Positions 21,796 to 31,846 of a DNA stretch of 64,000 nt are shown piece after piece. The stretch covers positions 384,701 to 448,700 of the forward strand of contig JAWKJM010000004.1 in NCBI GenBank assembly GCA_041393775.1, written 5' to 3'. This stretch comes from Candidatus Nanopelagicales bacterium. GTDB taxonomy: Bacteria > Actinomycetota > Actinomycetes > S36-B12 > UBA10799. Below the pieces are notes generated by a model that saw only the letters and a program-made list of their open reading frames with translations, was not told where the DNA came from and searched no databases. The first letter of the stretch is position 1. The number at the start of each line of letters is the position of its first letter. The position numbers and the translations under genes were made by a program.

Positions 21796-22650
21796 TTGCC
21801 GGACGGGCCCGATCTTGTCGGGGGCTCAGGTCAGGATCGGTCCATGGATCTCTTGCAGAGCGCTCTCGTCGTTCTCAGTGGCGCAGGTACTGATGGCCAC
21901 GTCGCGGACCCGGTGAGACTCGCGTCGGGCATCGTGGGACCAGACTGCGTGAAGCCCGCCGGGGAGGCCCTGGCGCAGCCGTGGCTCGACGCCGGAGGGC
22001 GGATACTCAGCGCTCGGGACCAGGAGTGGCCCGATGGTCTGCGTTCACTGGGTGCTGCGGCCCCGCTGCTTCTGTGGACGCGCGGCACTGTTCCTCGCGC
22101 TGCGGCGCAGATGGTGGCGATCGTGGGCGCGCGCCATTGCACGGCGTACGGGCGTGAAGTGACCGGGTCGCTGGCGCGCGTCGTCGGCGAACAGGGTCGT
22201 CATGTCGTGTCGGGGGGTGCCCACGGCATCGACCGGGCCGCCCACACGAGTGCCCTGGACTCGGGTGCTGGAACCGTCGTGGTTGCCGCAGGTGGTGCCG
22301 GTCGTGTCTATCCACCCGGGCACGAGCAACTGTTCGAGCGCGCAACCGGGCACGGCGCAGTGGTCTGGGAGTACCCACCCGGCACGCGCCTGACCCAGCG
22401 CGGTTTCCTGCACCGCAATCGACTGATCGCAGCGATGGCATCGGTCACGGTCGTGGTCGAGGCGGCTGAGCGTTCCGGGGCTTTGAACACCGGTCGGTCC
22501 GCTGCTGACCTGGGCCGTCTCGTCTTCGGTGTGCCGGGCCGGCTGGACAGTCCGGCCTCGGCCGGTGTGCATCGCGCGATCGCGGACGGTTGGGCGGCAC
22601 TGCTCCTCGGACCGGAGGATCTGTCGCAGATGACGGGGTCGGCGGCGTGA
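21796..22650 (+). CDS. dprA: DNA-processing protein DprA (short form, Rossmann domain only)
   Basis: VAIVGARHCTAYG...VVSGGAHGIDRAAH...FLHRNRLIAA...VVVEAAERSGALNTG. Confidence 0.85.
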   Translation: MPDGPDLVGGSGQDRSMDLLQSALVVLSGAGTDGHVADPVRLASGIVGPDCVKPAGEALAQPWLDAGGRILSARDQEWPDGLRSLGAAAPLLLWTRGTVPRAAAQMVAIVGARHCTAYGREVTGSLARVVGEQGRHVVSGGAHGIDRAAHTSALDSGAGTVVVAAGGAGRVYPPGHEQLFERATGHGAVVWEYPPGTRLTQRGFLHRNRLIAAMASVTVVVEAAERSGALNTGRSAADLGRLVFGVPGRLDSPASAGVHRAIADGWAALLLGPEDLSQMTGSAA

Positions 22651-22813
22651 TCGCCTGCTGCCGGGCCCCTCCCGGCCTTTGGCCCGTGTCTTCGAGGGTG
22701 TTGTCCGGTGGGGTTTGCGGGGCTTTCGACCGGCAGCGGCACTGCGTGGATTCTTGTGGCGGTTGCGCCCAGTCCGTTTGACTAGGGGGTCTCGTGCGGG
22801 CAGTCTGACAACC

Positions 22814-23725
22814 GTGCGGGGACGTGTCGCGATTGACGAGCGCGGTGCCTCGCTGCTGCGCGCCTCGCTTCCGGGGTTCGAGGCCTACTTGCGCTCAGAA
22901 CGCGGATTCTCCGAGCACACCGTTGTCGCCTATCGCGGGGATGTGGCGGACCTGCTGCAAGGGCTCGGTGATGGTCCGGTCACGACGCCCGGTATCCGCA
23001 GATGGCTGGCAGATGCCCGTCAACGGGGGGCGGGGTCGCCCACCGTGGCCAGAAGAATCGCAAGCGTCAAGTGCTTCGCACATTGGGCGGTTCGACAGGG
23101 GCTCATGGGAGAAGATCCGACGCTGCGCTTGAGGACCCCGCGGGTGACAGCCGACCTGCCCCGTGTGGCCGATAGCGAACGGCTGAACGAGGCCCTGGAC
23201 AGTCTGGGCCGGCTCGCCGATGACCCTGTGGCACTCCGGGACGTCGCGCTCGTGGAGCTGCTCTACGGCAGCGGACTGCGCGTGAGCGAAGTGTGCTCGA
23301 TCGCAGTCGATGACGTGGACCTGGGAAGGCGCACGGTGCGGGTCACAGGCAAGGGCGCCAAGCAGCGGGTGGTCCCGATGACGGCTTCCTGCGTCAAGGC
23401 TGTCGAACGCTGGATGTCGGTGCGATCCGAGGTCGCCCTCCCCGGTGAGGTCGGACTCCTGGTGGGCGCCAGGGGCCGGGCGCTGGACGTGAGGGTGGCG
23501 CGCCGCGTGGTGCACGACGTAACGGCCGGCTTCGCCGAGATTCCCGACCTCGCCCCGCACGGGCTCCGGCACAGCATGGCCAGCCACGTGTTGGAGGGTG
23601 GCGCCGATCTTCGGTATGTGCAGCAGTTGCTCGGGCATGCGAGTCTGGCGAGCACGCAGATCTACACACATGTCTCGGCTGAGCGGCTGCGATCCGCCTA
23701 CGAGAATGCGCATCCCCGTGCCTGA
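22814..23725 (+). CDS. xerC: tyrosine recombinase XerC (start uncertain; longest ORF from 22679)
   Basis: Catalytic region [39 protein letters not shown] and an N-terminal SAM-like core-binding domain. Confidence 0.88.
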   Translation: MRGRVAIDERGASLLRASLPGFEAYLRSERGFSEHTVVAYRGDVADLLQGLGDGPVTTPGIRRWLADARQRGAGSPTVARRIASVKCFAHWAVRQGLMGEDPTLRLRTPRVTADLPRVADSERLNEALDSLGRLADDPVALRDVALVELLYGSGLRVSEVCSIAVDDVDLGRRTVRVTGKGAKQRVVPMTASCVKAVERWMSVRSEVALPGEVGLLVGARGRALDVRVARRVVHDVTAGFAEIPDLAPHGLRHSMASHVLEGGADLRYVQQLLGHASLASTQIYTHVSAERLRSAYENAHPRA

Positions 23726-24539
23726 GTCCGGACTGCTCGATGAGGCCACGATCGCCGAGCAAGAAGCTGCTGCCAACGCAGCCGATCTCGCGCAGATGTG
23801 GGAGAACTACAAGCGCACCGACGACCGCGTCTTCCGTGATCGGCTGATCCTGCACTATGCGCCGCTTGTCAAGTACGTCGCCGGCCGCGTCCGGTCCGGT
23901 CTGCCGAACAATGTCGAATCGGCCGACCTGGTCTCGTACGGCATGTTCGGGCTCATCGACGCCATCGACAAGTTCGACATCGGCCGACAGATCAAGTTCG
24001 AGACGTACGCGATCAACCGCATCCGGGGCGCCATCATCGACGAACTGCGGTCCTTGGACTGGGTGCCTCGGTCGGTGCGGTCGAAAGCCAAAGAGCTTGA
24101 GCGTGCACACGCCGCGCTGGAGGCCGAACTCAAGCGATCGCCGACCGAGACCGAACTCGCCGAGAAGATGGGTCTCAGTCGCGCGGAACTCGCCAAACTG
24201 ATGAGCAAGGTGTCTTTCACCAACGTTGTCGCGCTCGACGAGGTCACGCATGGCGGAACCGATCGTGGGGACAAGATGACCCTCGGTGACCTGCTGGAGG
24301 ACCCCAGGGCTCCTGACCCTGAAGCGGAGTACGAGACCGAGGAGATGAAGATCCTGCTCGCCGAGCAGATCGCCGCCCTGCCGGAGCGGGAGAAGGTCGT
24401 TCTCACCCTCTACTACTACGAGCGTCTGACGCTGGCGGAGATCGGGTCAGTGCTCGGAGTCACGGAGAGCCGTGTCAGCCAGATCCACAGCAAGTCTCTA
24501 CTGGATCTGCGGGCCAGGCTCTCCCAGATCGGGATCTAG
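23706..24539 (+). CDS. FliA/WhiG-family RNA polymerase sigma factor
   Basis: Region 2 ([18 protein letters not shown]), region 3, and region 4 HTH ([25 protein letters not shown]). ATG 23706 overlaps the xerC end. Confidence 0.88.
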   Translation: MRIPVPESGLLDEATIAEQEAAANAADLAQMWENYKRTDDRVFRDRLILHYAPLVKYVAGRVRSGLPNNVESADLVSYGMFGLIDAIDKFDIGRQIKFETYAINRIRGAIIDELRSLDWVPRSVRSKAKELERAHAALEAELKRSPTETELAEKMGLSRAELAKLMSKVSFTNVVALDEVTHGGTDRGDKMTLGDLLEDPRAPDPEAEYETEEMKILLAEQIAALPEREKVVLTLYYYERLTLAEIGSVLGVTESRVSQIHSKSLLDLRARLSQIGI

Positions 24540-24667
24540 TGAGCCTGCGAGCCCCGGTCTGGCAGTCTCACGTGCGGTCTACTGCCCGCGCACGGGGCTA
24601 GAATGGGCCAGGGAGCCGGGATGAACGTTGGCGTGCAAGTAGCAGGGGATCCGTAGGGACACGGATC

Positions 24668-25444
24668 ATGACACCGAGTCTTGCCTTCCTGCTGGCACTT
24701 TTTGCTGGTTCGACGACCATGCTCGGGTGGCTGATCGCCACATCCGGCCGTCCTTGGTCGCCGAGGGTGTTCGGGGTGACTCTCCTGGTCGTCGCCGTGG
24801 CGATGACCCTGATCAGCAGTCTGGAACTGATCCCGACCGCGGTCAGCAGTGGCCTGTCTGTCGGTGCCACGACGGCTCTGGTGCTGGTGGGCGCAGCGAT
24901 CGTGGTCGGGATGCAGTTCGTGGTTCACGGTGGCCGGCCCGCTGGGAGGACCCTGGCCGGCAGCGCCGCACTGATCGCAGTGGCGATCGGTCTGCACAAC
25001 ATCCCAGAAGGCGGCGCGACGGCCGCGGCGGCCCTGCTGTCGGTACAAAGCGGACTCGTGACGGCGGCCGCTGTGGGTCTGCACAACGTGCCAGAGGGGA
25101 TTGCGGTGGCGGCACCGGTCATCGCCAGCGGTGGCAGCCGGATGCGGGCATTCTGGTACACGGCCGTGGCCACGGCTGGGGAAGTGCTCGGGGCCGCGTT
25201 GGTGTTGGGTCTGGCCGATGTCCTGACCGAGACCCGGGTCGGGGGCCTGCTCGCGGCGGTGGCGGGGATCATGATCACGCTCAGCCTCGTCGAGATAGTC
25301 CCGTCCGGCCTGATGATGCTGCGTGCACCCACCGCTACGGCCGTGGATCCCATGATCGGGGCAGCGGACTGCCCGGCAGCGGGCGGGGACGACCTGACCG
25401 TCGCGCACCGCGGGCGAGTGAGTGGGAGATCGCCGGACCCGTGA
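24668..25444 (+). CDS. ZIP-family divalent metal (zinc) transporter, ZupT-like
   Basis: Polytopic protein with duplicated GLHNIPEG / GLHNVPEG motifs. Confidence 0.85.
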   Translation: MTPSLAFLLALFAGSTTMLGWLIATSGRPWSPRVFGVTLLVVAVAMTLISSLELIPTAVSSGLSVGATTALVLVGAAIVVGMQFVVHGGRPAGRTLAGSAALIAVAIGLHNIPEGGATAAAALLSVQSGLVTAAAVGLHNVPEGIAVAAPVIASGGSRMRAFWYTAVATAGEVLGAALVLGLADVLTETRVGGLLAAVAGIMITLSLVEIVPSGLMMLRAPTATAVDPMIGAADCPAAGGDDLTVAHRGRVSGRSPDP

Positions 25445-25471
25445 TTGTGCCGGCAGTGCCACACCAGCCGC

Positions 25472-25885
25472 TCATGGATGGAAAGGCTTGAGTACGGGTC
25501 GCTCTCGTGGCAGGAAGGACAGCGGATCGACGTAGGTGCCATCCACCTTGGCTCCCCAATGCAGGCAGGTCGAACCGCAGTGGCCGCCCGTGCCCACGCG
25601 CCCGATCACCTCACCTCGGTCGACGGCGGCGCCCACGGATCTGACAGCCCTGACAGGCTCGAAGGTGAGCCGGACACCGCGCCAGCGCATCACCACGACC
25701 GGCCGATCGGCTATCCGGCCGGTGAAGACGATCGTGCCCGGCCCAGGGGCAAGGACCCGCTGGCGGGTGTGAGCGCGCAGGTCCACCCCGCGATGGGCCG
25801 GAAGCCATGCCTGCACGGCCGGCGTGAATCCGCGCGATACGACAGCTGGCGTTAGGGGGGCGACCGGCGGGGGATGGGCCAACAT
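25472..25885 (-). CDS. M23 family metallopeptidase (small, single domain)
   Basis: HRGVDL...G.V.F.G........V...H......Y.....CLHWG motif order of LytM/M23. The position upstream of rpsB matches Streptomyces. Confidence 0.8.
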   Translation of the reverse strand: MLAHPPPVAPLTPAVVSRGFTPAVQAWLPAHRGVDLRAHTRQRVLAPGPGTIVFTGRIADRPVVVMRWRGVRLTFEPVRAVRSVGAAVDRGEVIGRVGTGGHCGSTCLHWGAKVDGTYVDPLSFLPRERPVLKPFHP

Positions 25886-26176
25886 CCTTCCATCTCACGT
25901 TTCGTCCCAGCCGGTGGCAAGGCCGGGAACTGATCTGTGCGCAACCGTCGATCGCCGTCCACAGGTGACCCGATAGACTGACTTCATCGCGCGCCGATCA
26001 GGCTGCATGCATCCGGTGAGGCGCGCGAAATTCGCACACCGTACGTCGCACGATGCCTGGCATCGGACGACCTTCCAAGTCCAGTCCCACGGGCCGCGAG
26101 GAAGCCGGTGTCAGGGCGTCGATCGCCGATCGGCGCGTCAAACTGGACAGCGCCGCAGCGCGCGAAAGGAACCACC

Positions 26177-27124
26177 ATGGCAGTCGTGACCATGCGACAG
26201 ATGCTGGAGTCGGGCGTCCACTTCGGACACCAGACCCGCCGCTGGAACCCCAAGATGAAGCGATTCATCCTCACCGACCGCAACGGGATCTACATCATCG
26301 ATCTCAACCAGGCCCTCGGGTACCTGGACAACGCCTACGAATTCGTCAAGGAAACGGTCTCCCATGGCGGGACCATCCTGTTCATCGGCACCAAGAAGCA
26401 GGCTCAGGAGGCCGTGGCGCAGCAGGCACAACGCGTCGGCATGCCGTACGTGAACGAGCGCTGGCTCGGCGGGATGCTCACCAACTTCCAGACCGTCCAC
26501 CAGCGCCTGCAGCGGCTCAAGGAGCTCGAGGAGATCGACTTCGAGGACGTCGCGGCCAGCGGCATGACCAAGCGCGAACTGCTCGGTCTGCGTCGTGAGC
26601 GCGACAAGCTCGAGCGCGTGCTCGGTGGTATCCGGTTCATGAACAAGGTGCCCAGCGCGGTGTGGATCGTCGACACGAACAAGGAGCACATCGCCGTCGC
26701 CGAGGCGAAGAAGTTGGGTATCCCGATCGTGGCGATCCTGGACACCAACTGCGACCCCGACGATGTCGACTACCCGATCCCCGGCAACGACGACGCGATC
26801 CGCGCGGTCGGGCTGCTGACCCGGGTCATCGCGGACGCCGTGGCCGAGGGCAAGATGGCCCGCGCCGGCGCGAACGAAGACGGCGACGCCCAGGAGATGC
26901 CGGAATGGGAGCGCGAACTGCTGGAGCAGCAGGCCGCCGCCGAGCAGGAGGGCTCAGCCGTGCAGGCGACTGATGCGCCCAGCGCCGCGGAGGATGTCCC
27001 GGCTGCCGAGACTGCGGCCCTCACCGCGTCCGCGGACGCGCCCGCGGAGGACGTCCCGACTGCCGAGCAGGCCGAGCCGGTGCCCGGAACCCCTGAGACC
27101 ACGAGCAACGAGGAGAACAACTGA
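26177..27124 (+). CDS. rpsB: 30S ribosomal protein S2 (with acidic Ala-rich C-terminal extension)
   Basis: [31 protein letters not shown]. Confidence 0.96.
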   Translation: MAVVTMRQMLESGVHFGHQTRRWNPKMKRFILTDRNGIYIIDLNQALGYLDNAYEFVKETVSHGGTILFIGTKKQAQEAVAQQAQRVGMPYVNERWLGGMLTNFQTVHQRLQRLKELEEIDFEDVAASGMTKRELLGLRRERDKLERVLGGIRFMNKVPSAVWIVDTNKEHIAVAEAKKLGIPIVAILDTNCDPDDVDYPIPGNDDAIRAVGLLTRVIADAVAEGKMARAGANEDGDAQEMPEWERELLEQQAAAEQEGSAVQATDAPSAAEDVPAAETAALTASADAPAEDVPTAEQAEPVPGTPETTSNEENN

Positions 27125-27957
27125 TGGCTGTCAGCGCAGCTGATGTCAAGCGATTGCGTGATATGACCGGTGCCGGAATGCTCGACTGCAAGAACGCCTT
27201 GCAGGAAGCCGATGGCGACTTCGACAAGGCCGTCGAGATTCTGCGGGTCAAGGGTGCCAAGGGTGTCACGAAACGGGCCGAACGGACCGCCTCCAACGGT
27301 CTGGTGACCTCGCACCTCGAGGGTACTCAGCACGGAGTCCTGCTCGAGCTGAACTGTGAAACGGACTTCGTCGCGAAGACCGAGGACTTCCAGCGCATGG
27401 CCGCGGACGTTTCAGCGTTCGTCGCCGCGAAGCAGCCGGCGGATGTCTCAGGTCTGCTCGAACTCGAGATCGAGGCTGACAAGACGGTTGCCCAATTACT
27501 CGACGAGGCCAACGCCTCCATGGGCGAGAAGATCGAGATCCGTCGTTTCGAGCGGTTCGCGGACGGTTTCGTGACCGTGTACCTGCACAAGCACGATCCC
27601 GCGTTGCCGCCGAGCGTCGGTGCGCTGGTGGAAACCGACGTGGACAACGAAGAGGTCGCCAAGAACGTCGCGCAGCATATCGCCGCGATGTCACCGCTCT
27701 ACCTCGCACGCGAGGACGTTCCCGAGGACGTAGTCGCCAACGAGCGCCGCATCGCCGAGGACACCGCCCGCGAAGAGGGCAAGCCGGAGCAGGCCATGCC
27801 CAAGATCATCGAAGGGCGGCTCAACGGGTTCTTCAAGGATGTCTGCCTCCTGGAGCAGCCCTGGGTGCGCGACAGCAAGAAGACCATCCGGGCTTACCTC
27901 GACGAGAGCGGCGTCACCGTGACCCGCTTCGCGCGGTTCAAGGTGGGCCAGGTCTAG
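27124..27957 (+). CDS. tsf: elongation factor Ts
   Basis: [37 protein letters not shown]-like N-terminus. Confidence 0.96.
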   Translation: MAVSAADVKRLRDMTGAGMLDCKNALQEADGDFDKAVEILRVKGAKGVTKRAERTASNGLVTSHLEGTQHGVLLELNCETDFVAKTEDFQRMAADVSAFVAAKQPADVSGLLELEIEADKTVAQLLDEANASMGEKIEIRRFERFADGFVTVYLHKHDPALPPSVGALVETDVDNEEVAKNVAQHIAAMSPLYLAREDVPEDVVANERRIAEDTAREEGKPEQAMPKIIEGRLNGFFKDVCLLEQPWVRDSKKTIRAYLDESGVTVTRFARFKVGQV

Positions 27958-28695
27958 GTGGCTCATCGCTGGGAGTCGGTGCCCGACGGGGGCTGGCGTC
28001 GCATCCTGCTCAAGTTGTCCGGCGAGGCCTTCTCGGGGGGGACCGGGCTCGGTGTGGACCCGGACGTGGTTTCATCGATCGCCGCCCAGATAGCCGAGGT
28101 GGTCTCCGACGGCCGCGAGGTGGCTGTAGTGATCGGCGGGGGCAACTACTTCCGCGGTCCCCAATTGTCCGAACGGGGGATGGACCGGGCACGCGCTGAC
28201 TACATGGGCATGCTCGGGACCGTCATGAACTGCTTGGCGCTTCAGGACTTCTTGGAGAAGGCGGGCGTCGAGACCCGGGTGCAGACCGCGATCGCGATGG
28301 GTCAGGTCGCCGAACCTTACGTACCGCGCCGGGCGATCCGGCACCTGGAGAAGGGCCGTGTCGTCATCTTCGGTGCCGGGCTCGGGGTGCCCTTTTTCTC
28401 CACGGACTCGTGTGCTGCGCAGCGTGCCCTGGAGATCGGCTGCCAAGTGGTGCTCATGGGTAAGAGTGGGGTCGACGGTGTCTATGACGCGGATCCCCGC
28501 ACCACCCCCACGGCCGCACGGTATGCACGGCTGTCCCATTCGGAAGTCCTCGCCCAGAACCTCAAGGTGGCTGACGGTACCGCCATCAGTCTGTGCCGGG
28601 ACAACGGGCTGCCGTTGGTGGTCTTCGATCTCATGGCCGACGGTCACATCCGGCAGGCCGCTGCTGGCGAACAGGTCGGCACGCTGGTCGCCTGA
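27958..28695 (+). CDS. pyrH: UMP kinase
   Basis: [10 protein letters not shown]...[11 protein letters not shown]...[11 protein letters not shown]. Confidence 0.95.
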   Translation: MAHRWESVPDGGWRRILLKLSGEAFSGGTGLGVDPDVVSSIAAQIAEVVSDGREVAVVIGGGNYFRGPQLSERGMDRARADYMGMLGTVMNCLALQDFLEKAGVETRVQTAIAMGQVAEPYVPRRAIRHLEKGRVVIFGAGLGVPFFSTDSCAAQRALEIGCQVVLMGKSGVDGVYDADPRTTPTAARYARLSHSEVLAQNLKVADGTAISLCRDNGLPLVVFDLMADGHIRQAAAGEQVGTLVA

Positions 28696-28833
28696 CGTCC
28701 GCTGGCGTGACTACCGGAGAGGCGGGGCCGCCGGTGGCGATGAAGCGCTCACAACCTCGGGTCTCGGAAGCGGCTTCGGCCCGTCGGCGCGTGACTCGGG
28801 CTGCCGATCGGCGGCGTTGAGGTGCGTCACAGG

Positions 28834-28852
28834 TTAGGTTGCCCTAATCTCG
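28834..28852. promoter_or_regulatory. candidate IdeR/DtxR-type iron box upstream of feoA
   Basis: TTAGGTTGCCCTAATCTCG matches 13-14 of 19 positions of TTAGGTTAGSCTAACCTAA. It is embedded in the palindrome AGGTTAGG-ttgc-CCTAATCT, ~20 nt upstream of the feoA start. Confidence 0.45.
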
Positions 28853-28870
28853 ATCTGGTAGCGTTGGTGT

Positions 28871-29098
28871 GTGACGATGCCGCTGGACCAGCTGACCGGT
28901 CCGGTCACGGTTTCGCAGGTGGGCGGCACCCCCGCGATCCGCCGTCGTCTCGCGGAGATGGGTGTGCGGCCCGGAAGTCACATTCGAGTCCTGTACCGCA
29001 CCACCGGCGGTGGTCGGGTAGTGGCCGTGGGTGGTGCCCGGGTCGCGTTGGATTCCGGCTTGGCCTCTGCCATCCAGGCTGAGCGCCGCGATGACTGA
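28871..29098 (+). CDS. feoA: ferrous iron transport protein FeoA
   Basis: 75 aa SH3-like FeoA: LDQLTGPVTVSQVGG..IRRRLAEMGVRPGSHIRVL. Confidence 0.88.
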   Translation: MTMPLDQLTGPVTVSQVGGTPAIRRRLAEMGVRPGSHIRVLYRTTGGGRVVAVGGARVALDSGLASAIQAERRDD

Positions 29099-31052
29099 CA
29101 CGTCGGCTCCCCGGCTGGCGTCGTGCCATTCCGATGCCGCCGGTCCGCTCGCCGCCAAGGGGGCGCCCGTGGTTGCCGTCGTCGGGGCGCCCAATGTCGG
29201 GAAGTCGACTCTGTTCAACAGCCTCACCGGTGCCCGGCGTCAGGTCGGCAACTGGCCGGGAACCACGGTGGAGGTCGGTCGGGCCCAGTGGACGCTGCCA
29301 ACTGTCGCCGATGGACTGCGAATCGCCCTGTTGGACCTTCCCGGCGCTTACAGTCTCGATGCCCTCTCTCCGGACGAGGAGTTCACACGCTCCCTGCTGA
29401 TGACTGAGAGCATCGCCGACCGGCCTGATCTGGTCGTCGTTGTGGTGGACGCGTCGCGCCTGGCACGCTCGCTCTACCTCGTGGCGCAGATCCGGGAGTC
29501 CACAGGTCGCGTCGTGGTGGCTTTGACGATGTCGGACGTCGCTGCCCGCCGCAACATCGAGGTGGACACCGAGGAGTTGAGGCAGCAACTCGGGGTGCCC
29601 GTCGTCCGCGTGGATGCCAGGCATGGAGTCGGTGACGCCGACCTGGCGCGAGCGGTCGCCGAATCACTGGACTCGCCGGCTGCCCCGCCGCGCGGACAGG
29701 GTGACGTCGCCGACGACGAACTGGCCCGGGCCGACGAGCGGTTCGTGTGGATCCAGAGGGCCATCGACGCGGCCACCGTCACGCCTGAACACGAGAAGAG
29801 GACGTGGTCCGACCGCATCGACCGCTGGGTCACCGCGGCCTGGGTCGGGCCAGCCATCTTCCTGGGCGTCATGTGGGTGGTCTTCCAGTTGACGACCACA
29901 GTGGCAGCCCCCTTGCAGGACGGCCTGGATGCGTTGTTCTCCGGTCCAGTGAGCTCGGCGACCAGTGCTGTGCTCTCGGCCGTGGGACTCGGAGGATCGT
30001 GGGTCGAGGGATTCGTCCTCGACGGATTGATCGCGGGCGTGGGCATGCTGCTCACGTTCGTACCGCTGATGGCGATCATGTTCGCCCTGCTGGCTCTGCT
30101 CGAGGACTCCGGCTACATGGCCAGGGCTGCAGTCGTCACTGACCGGACCATGCGTTTCATCGGTCTACCGGGACGAGCTTTCCTGCCGCTCATAGTCGGA
30201 TTCGGCTGCAACGTGCCCGCGATCAGCGCCACTCGAGTCCTTCCCGACGCTCGGCACCGGGTGCTAACGGCGCTGCTGGTGCCGTTCACCTCGTGTTCGG
30301 CTCGGCTGGCGGTCTACGTGATGCTGGCCGCGACCTTCTTCCCTGACAGTTCCGGCAACGTGGTCTTCGCCATGTATGTGATCTCCATCCTCTTCGTGGT
30401 GGTGGTGGGGCTGGCGCTCAGGAAGACTCTGTGGCGGACCATGGGGCGGGATTCGCTGCTCCTGGACCTCCCCGCCTACCAGATGCCGCACCTGCGGATC
30501 CTCGGGGTCGTGACCTGGGGCAGACTGAGGGGTTTCCTCAGGACTGCATCGGGCATCATCGTGGCCACTGTGGCAGCAGTCTGGTTGTTGCAGTCGATCC
30601 CCGTTAATGGTCAGGGGTCGTTCGCCGATGTACCCGTCCAGGACAGCGCGTACGCAGCCGGTGCCGAGGCGTTGACGCCGGTGTTCGCGCCCACGGGGTT
30701 CGGCAACTGGGAGGCGGTCGGCGCACTCACGGTCGGATTCATCGCGAAGGAAGCGGTCATCTCCTCGTGGGCGCAGACCTATGCGGTGGAAGAACCAACG
30801 GACCCGAACGCACCCGGGGGCCTCGGTGAGGCGGTGCAAACCGACTTCGAGCAGTCGTCTGGCGGCTATCCGACTGCGGCGGTCTGGGCATTCCTCATCT
30901 TCTTGCTGGCATACACCCCATGCGTGGCCACGCTCGCGACGCAGTGGCGCGAAATCGGCAGGCGCTGGACCCTGTTCGGCCTGGCGATGCAATTGTCGGT
31001 TGCCTGGGTCGCTGCCGTTGCCGTCTTCCAAATCGGACGGATGGTCTCATGA
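29091..31052 (+). CDS. feoB: ferrous iron transporter FeoB
   Basis: G-domain GAPNVGKSTLFN and DLPGAYSL, followed by a polytopic gate domain. ATG 29091 overlaps the feoA stop. Confidence 0.93.
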   Translation: MTDTSAPRLASCHSDAAGPLAAKGAPVVAVVGAPNVGKSTLFNSLTGARRQVGNWPGTTVEVGRAQWTLPTVADGLRIALLDLPGAYSLDALSPDEEFTRSLLMTESIADRPDLVVVVVDASRLARSLYLVAQIRESTGRVVVALTMSDVAARRNIEVDTEELRQQLGVPVVRVDARHGVGDADLARAVAESLDSPAAPPRGQGDVADDELARADERFVWIQRAIDAATVTPEHEKRTWSDRIDRWVTAAWVGPAIFLGVMWVVFQLTTTVAAPLQDGLDALFSGPVSSATSAVLSAVGLGGSWVEGFVLDGLIAGVGMLLTFVPLMAIMFALLALLEDSGYMARAAVVTDRTMRFIGLPGRAFLPLIVGFGCNVPAISATRVLPDARHRVLTALLVPFTSCSARLAVYVMLAATFFPDSSGNVVFAMYVISILFVVVVGLALRKTLWRTMGRDSLLLDLPAYQMPHLRILGVVTWGRLRGFLRTASGIIVATVAAVWLLQSIPVNGQGSFADVPVQDSAYAAGAEALTPVFAPTGFGNWEAVGALTVGFIAKEAVISSWAQTYAVEEPTDPNAPGGLGEAVQTDFEQSSGGYPTAAVWAFLIFLLAYTPCVATLATQWREIGRRWTLFGLAMQLSVAWVAAVAVFQIGRMVS

Positions 31053-31321
31053 GTGCCGGACCGCTGCGTCAAGTCCTTTCCGCCGTGGAAGGCGGAGCGT
31101 TGACCAGCAACGACATCCAGGGGGCCACCGGATTGTCCATGGACATGATCCGCACATCGTTGGAACAACTCGTCCGCATGGGCCGGCTCTCGGCTGAGTC
31201 GCTGGCCACGGGCTGCCCACCGAGCGGGTGCGGTAGTTGCGGGAGCGCCTCGGTCCAGACCGGTACTTGCTCGGCCGGACCCGTACTGGTTGGACTGTCA
31301 CTGACCCGGCGTGCGAGTTAG
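31049..31321 (+). CDS. FeoC-like winged-helix protein with C-terminal Cys cluster
   Basis: ATGA overlap with the feoB stop. The 90-aa product reads LRQVLSAVEGGALTSNDIQGATGLSMDMIRTSLEQLVRMGRL followed by CPPSGCGSCGSASVQTGTC. Confidence 0.6.
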   Translation: MSAGPLRQVLSAVEGGALTSNDIQGATGLSMDMIRTSLEQLVRMGRLSAESLATGCPPSGCGSCGSASVQTGTCSAGPVLVGLSLTRRAS

Positions 31322-31354
31322 GTCGGCGGTTCCGTCTCACTGGAGATCGCCGGA

Positions 31355-31715
31355 GTGTGGCGGGCACCTGCGGCCGGTTGAGGGCCAGGCGGAAATCGCT
31401 CGCGTTAGTCGTCCATGACCGTGGCCGGCCGCGGCGTTCAGGCGGGCAAATGCCGGGCGGAAACCGCTCGGGTTAGAGAACGTGCACGAGGTTAGAGAAG
31501 CCACACGTGCGTTCACTAACCTCGTGCAGGTTCTCTAACCTCGCGACCATTCTCTAACCTCGCGGCCCACTTCTGCGGCGACCGGGTACACGCGGCATTT
31601 TCGGACTAGAGAACGTGCACGAGGTTAGAGAAGCCACACGTGCATTCTCTAACCTCGTGCAGGTTCTCTAACCTCGCGGCCAACTCCTTCGCCGAGTACA
31701 CGAGCCGTTCTTGGG
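31355..31715. repeat. Family A element, copy A2 (two hairpin cores: 31471-31560 and 31607-31674; opposite orientation to A1)
   Basis: One and a half L-units, then core 1 (with a third arm copy CTCGCGACCATTCTCTAACCTCGCGG), an R-unit, core 2 and an R-like unit. Confidence 0.9.
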
Positions 31716-31846
31716 GTTAGCCCATAGACCGAACGCGAACACGCGTCGTCGCGCGATCGAAGCATCCAGCCACTGCTCAGTGTCCGGTCGTCCGACGCCA
31801 CCCGTTCAGCGAACTGAGCCCCTGACGGGGCCGACTGTTGCGGCAT

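Noticed and set aside
24540-24667. A Zur box upstream of the ZIP transporter, and similarly upstream of the CDF gene (35336-35451).
   Set aside because: No AT-rich palindrome of the actinobacterial Zur type (TGAAAATGATTTTCA-like) is present.
25886-26176. I looked for a c-di-AMP (ydaO-type) riboswitch upstream of the M23 peptidase, and for an rpsB leader in the divergent region.
   Set aside because: Reading the minus strand, I could not find the conserved ydaO sequence blocks (for example the ACGGGG/GGGGA pseudo-two-fold elements). I have no support by eye, and an Infernal scan would be needed.
31471-31674. Possibility that the repeated ~30-bp GGTTAGAGAA arms are a CRISPR array.
   Set aside because: The repeats are inverted rather than direct. 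The supposed spacers are themselves repeated at every locus, there are at most two cores per locus, and no cas genes are present.
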